Positions 1 to 10,157 of a stretch of DNA of 64,000 bases are shown piece by piece. The stretch lies in the NCBI GenBank assembly GCA_963804645.1, contig CAWDRG010000017.1:576001-640000 (forward strand). Reading direction: 5' to 3'. This DNA comes from an uncultured Bacillota bacterium. GTDB taxonomy: Bacteria > Sysuimicrobiota > Sysuimicrobiia > Sysuimicrobiales > Segetimicrobiaceae. The notes under the pieces are model-generated. The model saw only the letters and a program-made list of their open reading frames with translations. It had not been told where the DNA came from and did no database searches. Numbering within the stretch: the stretch's first letter is position 1; the number at the start of each line of letters is the position of its first letter. Made by a program: the position numbers and the translations under genes.

Positions 1-548
1 ATCCCGCGCGCCGCCTCGACGTAGGACGCCTCCCGCTGCACCCGCGTGTCGCCGCGCACCAGACGCGCGAATCGCGGGAAGCTCGCGACGCCGATCGCGA
101 GCAGCGTATTGACCGGTGACGGGCCCAGGATTGCAATAACGAAGATGGCCAGCAAATAGATGGGGAACGCGAGCAGGACGTCCACGAGCCGCATGATCGC
201 GGCGTCGAGGAATCCGCCGAAAAAGCCCGCGATCAAGCCCGCCGCGACGCCCGTCGCGAGCCCGAAGAACACCGCGCCGACCGACACGGTCAGCGACACG
301 CGGCCCCCGTACAGCATGCGGCTCAGGGTATCGCGTCCGAGCCGATCGGTGCCGAGCCAGTGCGCGAACGTCGGCGGCTGGCTGTGGCTGAACACGTCCT
401 GGGCGCTCGGATCGTAGGGCGCCAGCAGCGGCGCGGTCGCGGCCACCAGCAGCAGACCCGCCACGATCGCGCCGCCCGCGCGGAGCGGCCAGGAACGCAT
501 CATGCGGACGCTCCGCCGCGTGCGCCCGCGCAGCGCCGCGAGGCTCAT
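1..548 (-). CDS. Peptide/nickel ABC transporter permease, DppC/OppC family (partial, runs off left edge)
   Basis: Manual translation from ATG at 548 (ATGA overlap with the upstream permease): HWLGTDRLGRDTLSRMLYGGRVSL...IMRLVDVLLAFP...SYVEAAR. Confidence 0.9.
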   Translation of the reverse strand, partial: MSLAALRGRTRRSVRMMRSWPLRAGGAIVAGLLLVAATAPLLAPYDPSAQDVFSHSQPPTFAHWLGTDRLGRDTLSRMLYGGRVSLTVSVGAVFFGLATGVAAGLIAGFFGGFLDAAIMRLVDVLLAFPIYLLAIFVIAILGPSPVNTLLAIGVASFPRFARLVRGDTRVQREASYVEAARG

Positions 549-1486
549 CCGAACCGGACCCGCGGGTCGACCAGCGCGTACGACACGTCGACCACGGTGT
601 TGGCGACCACGATGAGCGCGATATAGAACAGCATCGTCCCCTGGATCTGCGGATAGTCGCGCGCCCGCATCGCGTCGATCAACAGATGGCCGATCCCCGG
701 CCGGCCGAAGACGATCTCGATCACGGTGGTGCCGGCCAGCAGGCGGCCGAGATCGATCCCCACGATCGTCAAGATCGGCGTCATCGCGTTCGGCAGCGCA
801 TGCCCCCGGACCACGCGGCGCCCCGACAGTCCTTTCGCGCGCGCCGTGCGCAGGAAATCCTGTCCCAGGACCTCGAGCATCGTCGACCGGGTCAGTCGGG
901 CGATCAGCGCGGCGGACGAGAGGCCCAGCACGGCCGCCGGAAGGATCAGGTGCGTCACCACGGTCAGCGGCTGCGCGAAATCTCCGGCCCCGATCGAGGG
1001 CAGCCAGTCGAGATCGAGGGAAAACCAGAGCATGAACAGGATGGCGACGAGAAACGACGGCATCGTGACGCCGGCGACCGCGACGAGCATCGTCAGGTGG
1101 TCCGCCCAGCGGCCGCGCCGGAGCGCGGAGAAAATCCCCACCGGCACTCCGAGGCCCACCGCGAGCGCCAAGCTGCTCAGGGCGAGGACGAGGGTGTAGG
1201 GAAACTGTGCCCAGACTGCCTGCAGCACCGCCTGGTGCGTCCGGAACGACACCCCGAAATCGCCGGTCGAGACCCGGCGGAGGTACTCGGCCAGCTGGGC
1301 CGGCAGCGGACGGTCGAGATCCAGCGCCCGCCGCACTGCCGCATACGCGTCCGGCGAGTAGTCCTCCCCGAGAAACAGGAGCGCGGGATCGCCCGGAACG
1401 ATGCGCACCATCAGGAACACCACAATCAGCGCCCCCGCCAGCGTCGCGGCCAATCCGACGGCCCGTCGAGCGAGGAAGCCGATCAC
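545..1486 (-). CDS. Peptide/nickel ABC transporter permease, DppB/OppB family
   Basis: PGDPA, GDFGVSF, TRSTMLEVLGQDFLRTARAKGL, RDYP motifs. Confidence 0.95.
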   Translation of the reverse strand: MIGFLARRAVGLAATLAGALIVVFLMVRIVPGDPALLFLGEDYSPDAYAAVRRALDLDRPLPAQLAEYLRRVSTGDFGVSFRTHQAVLQAVWAQFPYTLVLALSSLALAVGLGVPVGIFSALRRGRWADHLTMLVAVAGVTMPSFLVAILFMLWFSLDLDWLPSIGAGDFAQPLTVVTHLILPAAVLGLSSAALIARLTRSTMLEVLGQDFLRTARAKGLSGRRVVRGHALPNAMTPILTIVGIDLGRLLAGTTVIEIVFGRPGIGHLLIDAMRARDYPQIQGTMLFYIALIVVANTVVDVSYALVDPRVRFG

Positions 1487-1493
1487 GAGACGA

Positions 1494-2516
1494 TTAGGAG
1501 GGGCGGGCGGGCAGCACCTGGCGGAACACCCGCAGGAAGTTGCCGCCCGCGATCTTGTCGACGTCGGCGTCCGAATAGCCGCGGTCGAAGATCCCGTCGA
1601 TCAGATGCGGAAACTCGGCCAGCGTCTCAAACCCGTCCAGCACGGTCGGCTCCTTGCTGGCGAACGTCTCATCCTTCGGCGGCCGGCGGCGCTGCAGCCG
1701 GCCCGACAGGTCGAGCCCGATCCCGACGTGATCGACGCCGGCGGTCTGCACCATGTGATCCAGATGGTCGAGCATCTTGGACAGCGTGGGATGCGTCGGA
1801 TCGATCCGCCCGGGCGAGTGCTGCAGGCCGATCACCCCGCCGGTCTGCGCGACCGCGCGCAGCTGGTCGTCCGCCAGATTGCGGGGATGCGGGGTCACCG
1901 CCGCGGAGTTGGCGTGGCTGCATACCAGCGGCCCCTGGTTGACCTCGAGCATCTGCCAAAATCCGCGCGGGGCCGCGTGCGCGACGTCGACGACCATCCC
2001 CAGCCGGTTCATCTCGCGGACGATGTCGACGCCGGCCCGGCTGAGCCCGCCGCCGGTCTCGAGTTCCATCGCGCCGTCGCCGAGCTCGTTGCGGTAGTTC
2101 CACATCGGCTGGACCATCCGCACGCCCAGCTCGAAGAAGGTCCGCAGCAGCCGGACGCTGCCCTCGAGCGGGCGGCCGCCCTCGATCGTCAACATCAGGG
2201 AGAACACGTCGCTCGGCCGGACCGGCAGATCCTCGCGCCACCGGACCAGCCGCACGCGGCCGGCGGTGTCGGCGACTTCCTCGCGCACCTCCTCGAGATT
2301 TTCGAGGGCGCCGCGCAGCGGCAGATCCGATTTGTTCACGTGCAGCTGCGAGTCGCCGGCGAACGCGTACACGATCATGTCGAGGCCCACGCCCCGCCAG
2401 CGCGGCAGGATGTCCGAGGCCAGCGGATGCTCGACGCCGGCCCGGCGAAGCTCGTTCAGATAGTAGATGTCGTGGTGGCCGTCCATCGTGATGCCGGACA
2501 CTCTGCGCGCACTCAT
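1494..2516 (-). CDS. Membrane dipeptidase family (M19) amidohydrolase
   Basis: DGHHD, TIEGG, MNRLGMVVDVAH, SHAN, PRNLADD, DHVGIGLD, KIAGGNFLRV. Confidence 0.9.
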   Translation of the reverse strand: MSARRVSGITMDGHHDIYYLNELRRAGVEHPLASDILPRWRGVGLDMIVYAFAGDSQLHVNKSDLPLRGALENLEEVREEVADTAGRVRLVRWREDLPVRPSDVFSLMLTIEGGRPLEGSVRLLRTFFELGVRMVQPMWNYRNELGDGAMELETGGGLSRAGVDIVREMNRLGMVVDVAHAAPRGFWQMLEVNQGPLVCSHANSAAVTPHPRNLADDQLRAVAQTGGVIGLQHSPGRIDPTHPTLSKMLDHLDHMVQTAGVDHVGIGLDLSGRLQRRRPPKDETFASKEPTVLDGFETLAEFPHLIDGIFDRGYSDADVDKIAGGNFLRVFRQVLPARPS

Positions 2517-2532
2517 CGCCTCACCGTCCCGG

Positions 2533-4068
2533 TTAGATGGAGTAGGTCTCGAGCCGGTACACGAGCAGCCCCGGGACGACGCCCTTCACCCCGGGACGCC
2601 AGGCGTACAGAATGTTCGGGTAGAGCAGCGGGACGACGGGCGCGTCGGCCTGGATCTTCTGCTGCGCCGCGGCGTAGAATTCGAGGCGCTTCTGCGGGTC
2701 GACCGCGTCCCGGGCGCCTTCGATCAGCGCGTCGGCGCCTCGGTACGAGGACACGTTCGGGTACGGGATCTGCGCGCTGTCGAAGTACGGGACGAGAATC
2801 TGGTCCGGTTCCAGACGAAGCGAGTTGATCGCCAGCATGTCGAACTGATGCGCCTGGCGCCGCTGCTCGAAGACCGCGCGGTCGAGCGCGGTAATCTGAA
2901 TCCGCACCCCCACGGCGCGCCACTGCTGTTGCAGGACCGCCGCCATGTCGGGCCAATCGCCCGTGCCGTCGGAGATGAAGTCGAACGTCTTGTTCTTGAC
3001 GGCCGCGGGCAACCCGGCTTCCGCGAGCAGCGCGCGCGCCCGCTCCGGATCGTACGGGTACCGCTCCGCCTTGAGATACCCGAACATGTTCGGGTTCAGG
3101 ACGCTGTTGGCGATGGTGCCCTGTCCGAGCCAAATCCGCTGCACGATGTCGCTCTTGTTCGTCGCGTAGTTCAGCGCCTGGCGCACGCGCACGTCGTCGA
3201 ACGGAGGACGCTCCATGTTGAGGTGGACCCAGTATGTGCGCGGGCCGACGATGCTCTTGCTGCCCACCCGATTGCTGCGCGAGATGCGCTGCATGACGTC
3301 GGGCACGTCGAAGTAGGACACGTCCAGGTCGCCCCGCTCCAGCGCGATCTCCGCCGTCGAAGCATCCGGCACGATGCGAAACATGGCGCGCTGGATCTTG
3401 GGGGGCGGACCGTAGAAGTCTCTGTTGGCCGACACGTGCACGCCCTGACCCGGGACCCATTGGTCGACGACGTACGGGCCCGTCCCGACGACGTTCGCGG
3501 AATAGTCCTTGCCGTACCGTTCGAGCGCCCGCTGGTTGACGATGTAGCCCGGCCGGTACGCGAGCACCGAGGAGAGGAACGCGCCGTACGGTTTGTCGAG
3601 CGTAATGGTCACCGTGTAGGGGTCGACGGCCGTGACCGCGCGCACCGGCTCCAGATCGGCACGAAACCGGGAGCCGAGCTTCGGATCCTTGATCCGGTCG
3701 AGCGAGTACTTCACGTCCGCGGCGGTCAGTTCGCCGAACCCGCGCTGCCACTTCACACCCTGGCGAAGGTGAAAGGTGTACGTCCGGCCGTCCGGGGACA
3801 GGTCCCACTTGGTCGCCAGGTCCGGAAGAATCTCGGTGCTGCCGGGCGTCTGCCGCACGAGACCCGAATACACCACGTACGCCACCGCGTAGTCTTGCCC
3901 GCTCGTCATCAGGGCGGGGTCCAGGGTGAGCAGCTCGTCGTCCAGCCTGAGGTTGAACTCCGCCGGCTGCGCGGCGGCGGCGGGCAGCCGCCCGAGGACC
4001 GGGAACCCCTTCGCGGCCAGCGCGCCCGCGCCGGCCAGCACCCCCGCGAGCAAGGTGCGACGCTTCAT
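2533..4068 (-). CDS. ABC transporter substrate-binding protein, family 5, with Tat-like signal
   Basis: Start MKRRTLLAG at 4068; PDLATKWDLSPDGRTYTFHLRQGVKW, GTGPY, DVRVRQALNYA. Confidence 0.93.
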   Translation of the reverse strand: MKRRTLLAGVLAGAGALAAKGFPVLGRLPAAAAQPAEFNLRLDDELLTLDPALMTSGQDYAVAYVVYSGLVRQTPGSTEILPDLATKWDLSPDGRTYTFHLRQGVKWQRGFGELTAADVKYSLDRIKDPKLGSRFRADLEPVRAVTAVDPYTVTITLDKPYGAFLSSVLAYRPGYIVNQRALERYGKDYSANVVGTGPYVVDQWVPGQGVHVSANRDFYGPPPKIQRAMFRIVPDASTAEIALERGDLDVSYFDVPDVMQRISRSNRVGSKSIVGPRTYWVHLNMERPPFDDVRVRQALNYATNKSDIVQRIWLGQGTIANSVLNPNMFGYLKAERYPYDPERARALLAEAGLPAAVKNKTFDFISDGTGDWPDMAAVLQQQWRAVGVRIQITALDRAVFEQRRQAHQFDMLAINSLRLEPDQILVPYFDSAQIPYPNVSSYRGADALIEGARDAVDPQKRLEFYAAAQQKIQADAPVVPLLYPNILYAWRPGVKGVVPGLLVYRLETYSI

Positions 4069-5006
4069 GATGGCCTCCGCCGGATCCCGTAGTAGCGTTC
4101 CCGCGCGGTGACGCGTTCGCGGCGGCGGGACAACCGCGGGACGTGGATCGAGGGCGGCGCACTGCGCGCGCCGCCGTGCAGGTGACGGTCGAACGGCGTC
4201 GGGGACGCGAACTCCAGAAAGAACGGAAACCGGTCGGTCGCGAGCTTCGACTCCACGTACAGCACCGGCCGTCCGGCGGCGGTGTACGAGATTCTCCGCG
4301 TCAGCATCACGGGCATCGCCGGCGGCCGCCGCAGCCGCCGCGCATCGCCGGCCGCAAGCGGGCGCGCCGCGATCCACATCTCCGTGCGGACCACGGCCGC
4401 GCCGACCTGCTGCGCGGCGATCGTGAGAAAGAGTTCCTGCTGCAGGTCCCGCGGCCGCACGCGCCCCGCCATCAGCTGCGCGGGAATCATCCCGACCTCG
4501 AGCGCCGTCGGTGTGTCCCGCACGATCGCGATCCGAGTCGCCCGCCACAGGGGCGTGCCGACGGAGACGTCCAAGATGCGGGCGTGCTCGGCATCGGCGG
4601 GCACCGTCGTGACGTCGACCAGCCGGTGGTGCGCCACGGGCGGCCGCCGCTTGGGGCCGCGCCCGGCGAAGGTCAGCCCGCCGACGCCGAACTGGAACTT
4701 GGGGGCGGCGACATACGTGCCGGCCCCCCGGCGCCGGTAGATCAGCCCCTCACGGGCGAGCTCAGCAAGCGCCGCGCGGACCGTGATGCGGCTCACGCGG
4801 TACCGCGTACAGAGCGCCTGTTCCGTGGGAATGCGGTCCCGAAACTCGCCGCGCGAGATCTTCTGGACGAGGCTGTTGCGGACGTGGAGATACTTGACGA
4901 CGACCGCGGGCTGCGCGGGTGACGCGGCGCTGATCCGCGGCGCCGGCCCGGACCTCGCGGCCGGCGCGCGTTCGGACACAGCGGGCTCGCGCTGCAGTCG
5001 ACCCAT
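4065..5006 (-). CDS. GntR family (HutC/UTRA) transcriptional regulator
   Basis: IPTEQALCTRYRVSRITVRAALAELAREGLIYRRRGAGTYV wHTH plus a UTRA-like C-terminus; start uncertain. Confidence 0.88.
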   Translation of the reverse strand: MGRLQREPAVSERAPAARSGPAPRISAASPAQPAVVVKYLHVRNSLVQKISRGEFRDRIPTEQALCTRYRVSRITVRAALAELAREGLIYRRRGAGTYVAAPKFQFGVGGLTFAGRGPKRRPPVAHHRLVDVTTVPADAEHARILDVSVGTPLWRATRIAIVRDTPTALEVGMIPAQLMAGRVRPRDLQQELFLTIAAQQVGAAVVRTEMWIAARPLAAGDARRLRRPPAMPVMLTRRISYTAAGRPVLYVESKLATDRFPFFLEFASPTPFDRHLHGGARSAPPSIHVPRLSRRRERVTARERYYGIRRRPS

Positions 5007-5057
5007 CGACGCACACCTCCGCACCGGTGCGCTGGCGCACGCCGGTGACGCGTGACT

Positions 5058-5069
5058 TTGATATAACAA
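5058..5069. promoter_or_regulatory. Putative HutC-type GntR operator
   Basis: TTGATATAACAA, one mismatch from the palindrome TTGTTATAACAA, in the AT-rich divergent gap between gntR and the GGT gene. Confidence 0.6.
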
Positions 5070-5182
5070 CTGTAAATCCTCCTTGGAGGAACTGCGCCCC
5101 ACCGCCCGAACTATTGCCGGGACTTCCATCTGCCCGTGGTGCCGCTTCGCCAACCGAACGGTCCGACAAGGAGGGCGCATCG

Positions 5183-6964
5183 ATGGAGCAACACGCAGAG
5201 ACGATCTATGGCGCGCGCACGTGGTCGATCCGCACGGAGATCGCCCGCCCGCTGGTGATGGGCGTGCACGGCATGGTCTCGGGGGGCCACTATCTCGCCG
5301 CCGCGGCCGGGATGCGCGTGCTCGCCGCCGGCGGGAACGCGATCGATGCCGGCGTCGCCGGCGGCATCGTGTTGAACGTCGTGCACAACGACATGTGCGC
5401 GTTCGCGGGGGTCGCCCCGATCATCCTCTACCACGCCGGCACGAAGCGGGTCACCACGTTCGCCGGAACCGGGACGTGGCCCCGCGCGATCTCCCGCGAC
5501 TACTTCATGCGCGAGAAGCAGGGCCGCATCGGACTGGGCCTGGCCGCGTGCGTCGTGCCCTCCGCGGCCGACGCGTGGCTGTCCGCGCTCCGCCAGTACG
5601 GGACGAAAACGTTCGGCGAGGTCGCGGAGAGCGCGATCCGGATCGCCCACGACGGCTTCCCCGTCCATCATTTCATGGCGCGCAGCATCGGTGGATTTCT
5701 CAATAACTACCGCGCGCATCCGATGAATCGGGAGATCTACCTGCGCAACGGGGAGCCCCCGAAGGTGGGCGACGTCATCGTCCAGCATGAACTCGGCGCG
5801 ACGCTCCAGGCGATGGCGGACGCGGAGCGGAAGGCGCGGGGCACCCGCGAGCACGGCATCGACGCCGCCCGGGATTACTTCTACCGCGGCCCGATCGCCA
5901 AAGCCATGGTCGCCTACTCCAAGACGCGCGGGGGGTTCTTCAGCGAAGAAGACTTTGCGGCGTACGAAGCTCGGGAGGAGGCGGCCCCGCACGTGACCTT
6001 CCGGAACCATGAGGTCTACGGCTGCGGACCGTGGAGTCAGGGGCCGGCGTTCCTCGAGGCGCTCGGCATCCTCGACGGCGTCCCGATGGACGGGGCCGCG
6101 CCCCACAGCCCGGAGGTCATCCACCGGCAGGTGGAAGCGCTCAAGCTGGCGTTCGCCGACCGCGAGCGCTACCTGGGCGATCCCCTCGTGGTGGCGGTGC
6201 CCATGGAGCAGCTCCTGTCCCCGTCGTATCTCGACGCGCAGCGCGCCCGGATCGATCCCCGCCACGCGTATCCGGGCTGTCCCCCGGCCGGGGAGATCCC
6301 GGGCTTTCCCCGCCGCGAGCCGCCACCGCCGACGGGTGAGGTCCCGGTCGTGACGACGCGGACGCCGTCCGCGGACCTCCCAGGCACGTCCTATTTCTGC
6401 GCGATGGATCGCGACGGGAATATCTTCTCCGCGACGCCGAGCGACGGCTACAGCCAGAGCGAGGTCATCCCAGGACTCGGGCTGGCGATCTCCGAACGGG
6501 GCCTGCAGGGCAGCCTCGACCCGAACAACCCGAACGTGGTCGCGCCGGGAAAGCGCATCCGGCTCACACCGAACCCCGCCCTGGTGCTGCGCGACGGCGA
6601 GCCGTTCATGGCGATCGGCTCGCCGGGGGCGGATCGGCAGCCGCAGGCGATGACGCAGGTGCTCAGCAAGATCCTCATCTGGGGGATGAACCCGCAGCAC
6701 GCGGTGGAACACCCGCGGTTCGCCTCGTTCTCATTCCCCCAGGGCGCGTTCCCGCACCAGTACGAACCCCGCAAGCTGCGTGCCGAAGCGGACGTGCCGG
6801 AGGAGGCGGCGGTGCAGCTGCGCGCGTACGGACACGATGTCGAACGCTGGCCGAAGTGGTCGTGGTCGGCCGGCGGCGTCTGCGTCGTCATGCGCGATCC
6901 GGAGCAACGCGTGTTCCTGGGCGGGGCAGACCCGAGGCGCGAGGGGTACGCGGTTGCGGTGTAG
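5183..6964 (+). CDS. ggt: Gamma-glutamyltransferase family protein
   Basis: GGNAIDAGVA, KLAFADR, nucleophile-region TSYFCAMDRDGN, GSPG, GGADPRR; RBS AAGGAGG upstream. Confidence 0.92.
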   Translation: MEQHAETIYGARTWSIRTEIARPLVMGVHGMVSGGHYLAAAAGMRVLAAGGNAIDAGVAGGIVLNVVHNDMCAFAGVAPIILYHAGTKRVTTFAGTGTWPRAISRDYFMREKQGRIGLGLAACVVPSAADAWLSALRQYGTKTFGEVAESAIRIAHDGFPVHHFMARSIGGFLNNYRAHPMNREIYLRNGEPPKVGDVIVQHELGATLQAMADAERKARGTREHGIDAARDYFYRGPIAKAMVAYSKTRGGFFSEEDFAAYEAREEAAPHVTFRNHEVYGCGPWSQGPAFLEALGILDGVPMDGAAPHSPEVIHRQVEALKLAFADRERYLGDPLVVAVPMEQLLSPSYLDAQRARIDPRHAYPGCPPAGEIPGFPRREPPPPTGEVPVVTTRTPSADLPGTSYFCAMDRDGNIFSATPSDGYSQSEVIPGLGLAISERGLQGSLDPNNPNVVAPGKRIRLTPNPALVLRDGEPFMAIGSPGADRQPQAMTQVLSKILIWGMNPQHAVEHPRFASFSFPQGAFPHQYEPRKLRAEADVPEEAAVQLRAYGHDVERWPKWSWSAGGVCVVMRDPEQRVFLGGADPRREGYAVAV

Positions 6965-7000
6965 CCCGGCACCTCACCGGACGGGACCGCCCAGCGTCCC

Positions 7001-8479
7001 GTGAGCGGCGGCGGAAGCCTGCGTCCCGAGGCCTCGGCAGAAGAGACCGCCGGGCTCATCCGGAGCGGCGCGGTGACCTCCACCGAGGTGACGCGGGCCT
7101 GCCTGGACCGCATCCGCGCCCTCGACGGCGCGCACCATGCGTTCATTACGCTCCTGGAAGCGGACGCGCTCGCTGCCGCGGCGCGGGCCGACGACGAGCT
7201 CAGACGCGGACGGTCCGTCGGCCCGCTGCACGGGGTTCCCGTCACCGTCAAGGATGCGTTTCTTCTCCGCGGCACCCCCACCACGATCGGCGCCGTGATG
7301 CTCCGCACCGACGCGCCCGCGGAGAACGACGCCGCGTGCCTGGACCGCCTCAGGGACGCGGGCGCCGTGGTGCTCGGCAAGACCAACGTGGGAAGCGGCA
7401 TCGCGTGGCAGACGGCCGGACTCAGCGCGACGCGCCTGCCCCCCGCGGAGAATCCGTGGCGCCGCGGACGCACCCTCGGCGGGTCGAGCAGCGGGTCCGC
7501 CGTCGCGGTCGCGCTCGGCATGGGATACGCGAGCGTCGGATCGGATTCCGGCGGCTCCGTGCGGAATCCCGCCGCGCTCTCGGGCCTCGTCGGCCTCAAG
7601 CCGACCTTCGGCCGGGTCAGCCAGTACGGCTGCGTATACGGGCTCTGCCGGTCGCTCGAGCATGTTGGCCCCCTCACCCGCACCGTCCGCGACGCGGCGA
7701 TTCTGCTGAGCTGCCTCGCGGGCCGCGATCCGCGGGATCCTACCTCCGCGGACGCGCCGGTACCGGACTACCTGGCTGCGGTCGCCGACGCGGCGCCCGA
7801 GCCGCTGCGGATCGGCTGGTTCTCAGACGGCGGGCCGCTCGGCGCCGAGCCCGACGTCCTGGCGCGCGTCGCCGACGCGACGCGGGTGCTGCGGAACCTC
7901 GGCATGTCGGTCGAGGCGGTACCCGCGCCGGCCGCGGATCCGGAGCTGTGGTATGAGCTCACCCTGTTCGAGGAGGCCGACGCGCTCGACGAGACGGTGC
8001 CGGCCCTGACCGCGTATCAGGAATACGGACGCGCCAACCTTCGCCGGAAACGGGACCGAGTGTCGCGCGCCGCCGCAGCCCGCGCGGCGAACATCCGCAG
8101 CGCCTACGCGGCGCTGTTCTCGCGGTTCGACCTCTTGGCGCTCCCGACCGCCCCGCTCACCGCGACGCCGCTGACCGCGCCGATCCTGCAGTGGAACGGG
8201 TCCGCCCGCGACGCGCTGGACCTGTACCTGGCAAATACGTGGGTGTTCAACCTGACCGGGCACCCGGCGATCACGCTCCCGTGCGGGTTCGACCGCGACC
8301 GCATGCCGGTCGGCATGCAGCTCGCGGCGCGGCACTTCGACGAGGCGCGCCTGCTCGGCGCGGCCGCGAGGTACGAAGCCACGGTCGGACGGTTCCCGCT
8401 GCCCGCCTCCGAGCCGCCCGCTCTTCGTCCCACGGATGGCTCGATCCTGACCACGCCGAATGGAGGGAGTGTCCCATGA
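7001..8479 (+). CDS. Amidase signature family protein
   Basis: GPLHGVPVTVKD, LGKTN, GGSSSGSA, GSDSGGSVRNPA, GLKPTFGRVS. Confidence 0.92.
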   Translation: MSGGGSLRPEASAEETAGLIRSGAVTSTEVTRACLDRIRALDGAHHAFITLLEADALAAAARADDELRRGRSVGPLHGVPVTVKDAFLLRGTPTTIGAVMLRTDAPAENDAACLDRLRDAGAVVLGKTNVGSGIAWQTAGLSATRLPPAENPWRRGRTLGGSSSGSAVAVALGMGYASVGSDSGGSVRNPAALSGLVGLKPTFGRVSQYGCVYGLCRSLEHVGPLTRTVRDAAILLSCLAGRDPRDPTSADAPVPDYLAAVADAAPEPLRIGWFSDGGPLGAEPDVLARVADATRVLRNLGMSVEAVPAPAADPELWYELTLFEEADALDETVPALTAYQEYGRANLRRKRDRVSRAAAARAANIRSAYAALFSRFDLLALPTAPLTATPLTAPILQWNGSARDALDLYLANTWVFNLTGHPAITLPCGFDRDRMPVGMQLAARHFDEARLLGAAARYEATVGRFPLPASEPPALRPTDGSILTTPNGGSVP

Positions 8480-10098
8480 GCACGCACCGCCACGCCGCGT
8501 GGGCCCTGTTCACGGTGGTCATCGTCGCGGCACTGCTCGCCGGCCTGGCCGGATCCGCCCGGCCGGATGCCGCCCCGCGCCAGGGCGGCGACGCATCGAT
8601 GGCGATCTTCGGCGCGCCCGGGAGCACGCTGCTGCCAGGCTTCCCGCAAACGAACTACGCGGTGACCGTTTACCAGAGTGCGAATCGGACCCTGGCCAGC
8701 TACAGCCCCAACCTTCGAATGCTGCCGGACCTCGCCGACCGGTGGAGCATCGCCGCCGACGGCCGCACCTACACGTTCCACCTGCGCGCGGGGATTCGCT
8801 GGAGCGACGGGACACCGATCACCTCCGGGGACTTCGAGGCCACGGTCCTGCTCCTCTCCGCGAAGGACGCCGCCAGTCCCTGGTTCAACAACGTGGACCA
8901 AATCGTCGGCGCGAAAGACCGCAAAGCCGGGAAAAGTGAGGCGCTCCCGGGGTTCAAGATCGTCGACGCCCAGACGTTCCAGGTCACCACCGAGACGCCG
9001 TCGGCCACGTTCCTGGACCTGTTCGGGACCGAGATGATCCCCCTCCCCGCGAAGCAGATCACCGGCACCCCGCCGGTCGCGCTGCTGAAAAGCGATTTCG
9101 CGAGGGTCCCCTCGGTGTCGTCCGGCCCGTTCTACATCACCGGGTATCAAACGGATACGCTCGTCACGATGGCGCGGAATCCGTATTACTACGCCCGGCG
9201 CCCGGCCCTCGACCACGTCTTCATTAAGATCCTCAGCCCGGAGACCGGCATCGCGGAACTCGAGCGGGGCGAACTGCAGGTCGCGCCCGGCGAGGCCAGC
9301 GGCGAAGTGCCGCCCGGGGAGGTGGCCGCCCTGAAGCAGGACCCCGACGTCACCGTCACCACGTACCCCAACATCGACGTCGTCGCCATCGCCCTGAACC
9401 TCAAGCACCCCCCGCTCGACGACGTGCGGATCCGTCAGGCGATGATGTACGCGATCGATCGCCCGGCGATCGTCGCGACCGTGCTGCTGGGCATGGCGCA
9501 GGTCGCGTACTCGCCGTTCGTCTCGTTTGCGCCGTACTACGACCGCTCGCTGAACCCATACGCGCGCAACCTCGACCGCGCGCGCGAACTGATGCGGGAC
9601 GCCCACTACGATCCGAACACCCGCCTCCGGCTCCTCATTCCGACCGGCGACAGCACGCTCACGGCCGCCGGGACCGTCGTCCAGCAGATGCTGCAGCAGG
9701 CCGGGTTCACGCTCCAGATCGAGCAGACGGACTTCGCCACCATGGTCGTGCGCCAGCGCACCCACGACTTTGACGTCGCCGTCTCGATCAACCGGGGCTT
9801 CAACAACCCCGATCTGAGCCGGCGGTTTTCCACCAATGCGATCACGTCGGGAGTCAACTATGGTCAGTACTCCAATCCGGAGCTCGACCGTCTGCTCGAC
9901 CAGGCGCGCGAGACTCCCGTCCTGTCGCAGGCGACCCCGTCGCTCGACAAGATCCAGGAGATCCTCAACCGCGATGTGCCGGTCTTGCTGCTCTACTACC
10001 GGGACTCGATCGGGGCCGTCAACACCAAGCAGCTCGGCGGCGCGATCCCACGGTTCGGCGGCGTGCACCGCGACATGGCCGACTGGTACCTGAAATAG
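8476..10098 (+). CDS. ABC transporter substrate-binding protein, family 5
   Basis: Signal peptide MSTHRHAAWALF...; PDLADRWSIAADGRTYTFHLR, DVRIRQAMMYAIDR. Confidence 0.92.
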   Translation: MSTHRHAAWALFTVVIVAALLAGLAGSARPDAAPRQGGDASMAIFGAPGSTLLPGFPQTNYAVTVYQSANRTLASYSPNLRMLPDLADRWSIAADGRTYTFHLRAGIRWSDGTPITSGDFEATVLLLSAKDAASPWFNNVDQIVGAKDRKAGKSEALPGFKIVDAQTFQVTTETPSATFLDLFGTEMIPLPAKQITGTPPVALLKSDFARVPSVSSGPFYITGYQTDTLVTMARNPYYYARRPALDHVFIKILSPETGIAELERGELQVAPGEASGEVPPGEVAALKQDPDVTVTTYPNIDVVAIALNLKHPPLDDVRIRQAMMYAIDRPAIVATVLLGMAQVAYSPFVSFAPYYDRSLNPYARNLDRARELMRDAHYDPNTRLRLLIPTGDSTLTAAGTVVQQMLQQAGFTLQIEQTDFATMVVRQRTHDFDVAVSINRGFNNPDLSRRFSTNAITSGVNYGQYSNPELDRLLDQARETPVLSQATPSLDKIQEILNRDVPVLLLYYRDSIGAVNTKQLGGAIPRFGGVHRDMADWYLK

Positions 10099-10157
10099 CA
10101 TGCGGCGCGACACCGAGGCATCGCGCCGGACTGTCTCGCGATGAAGGGGGCACGCAT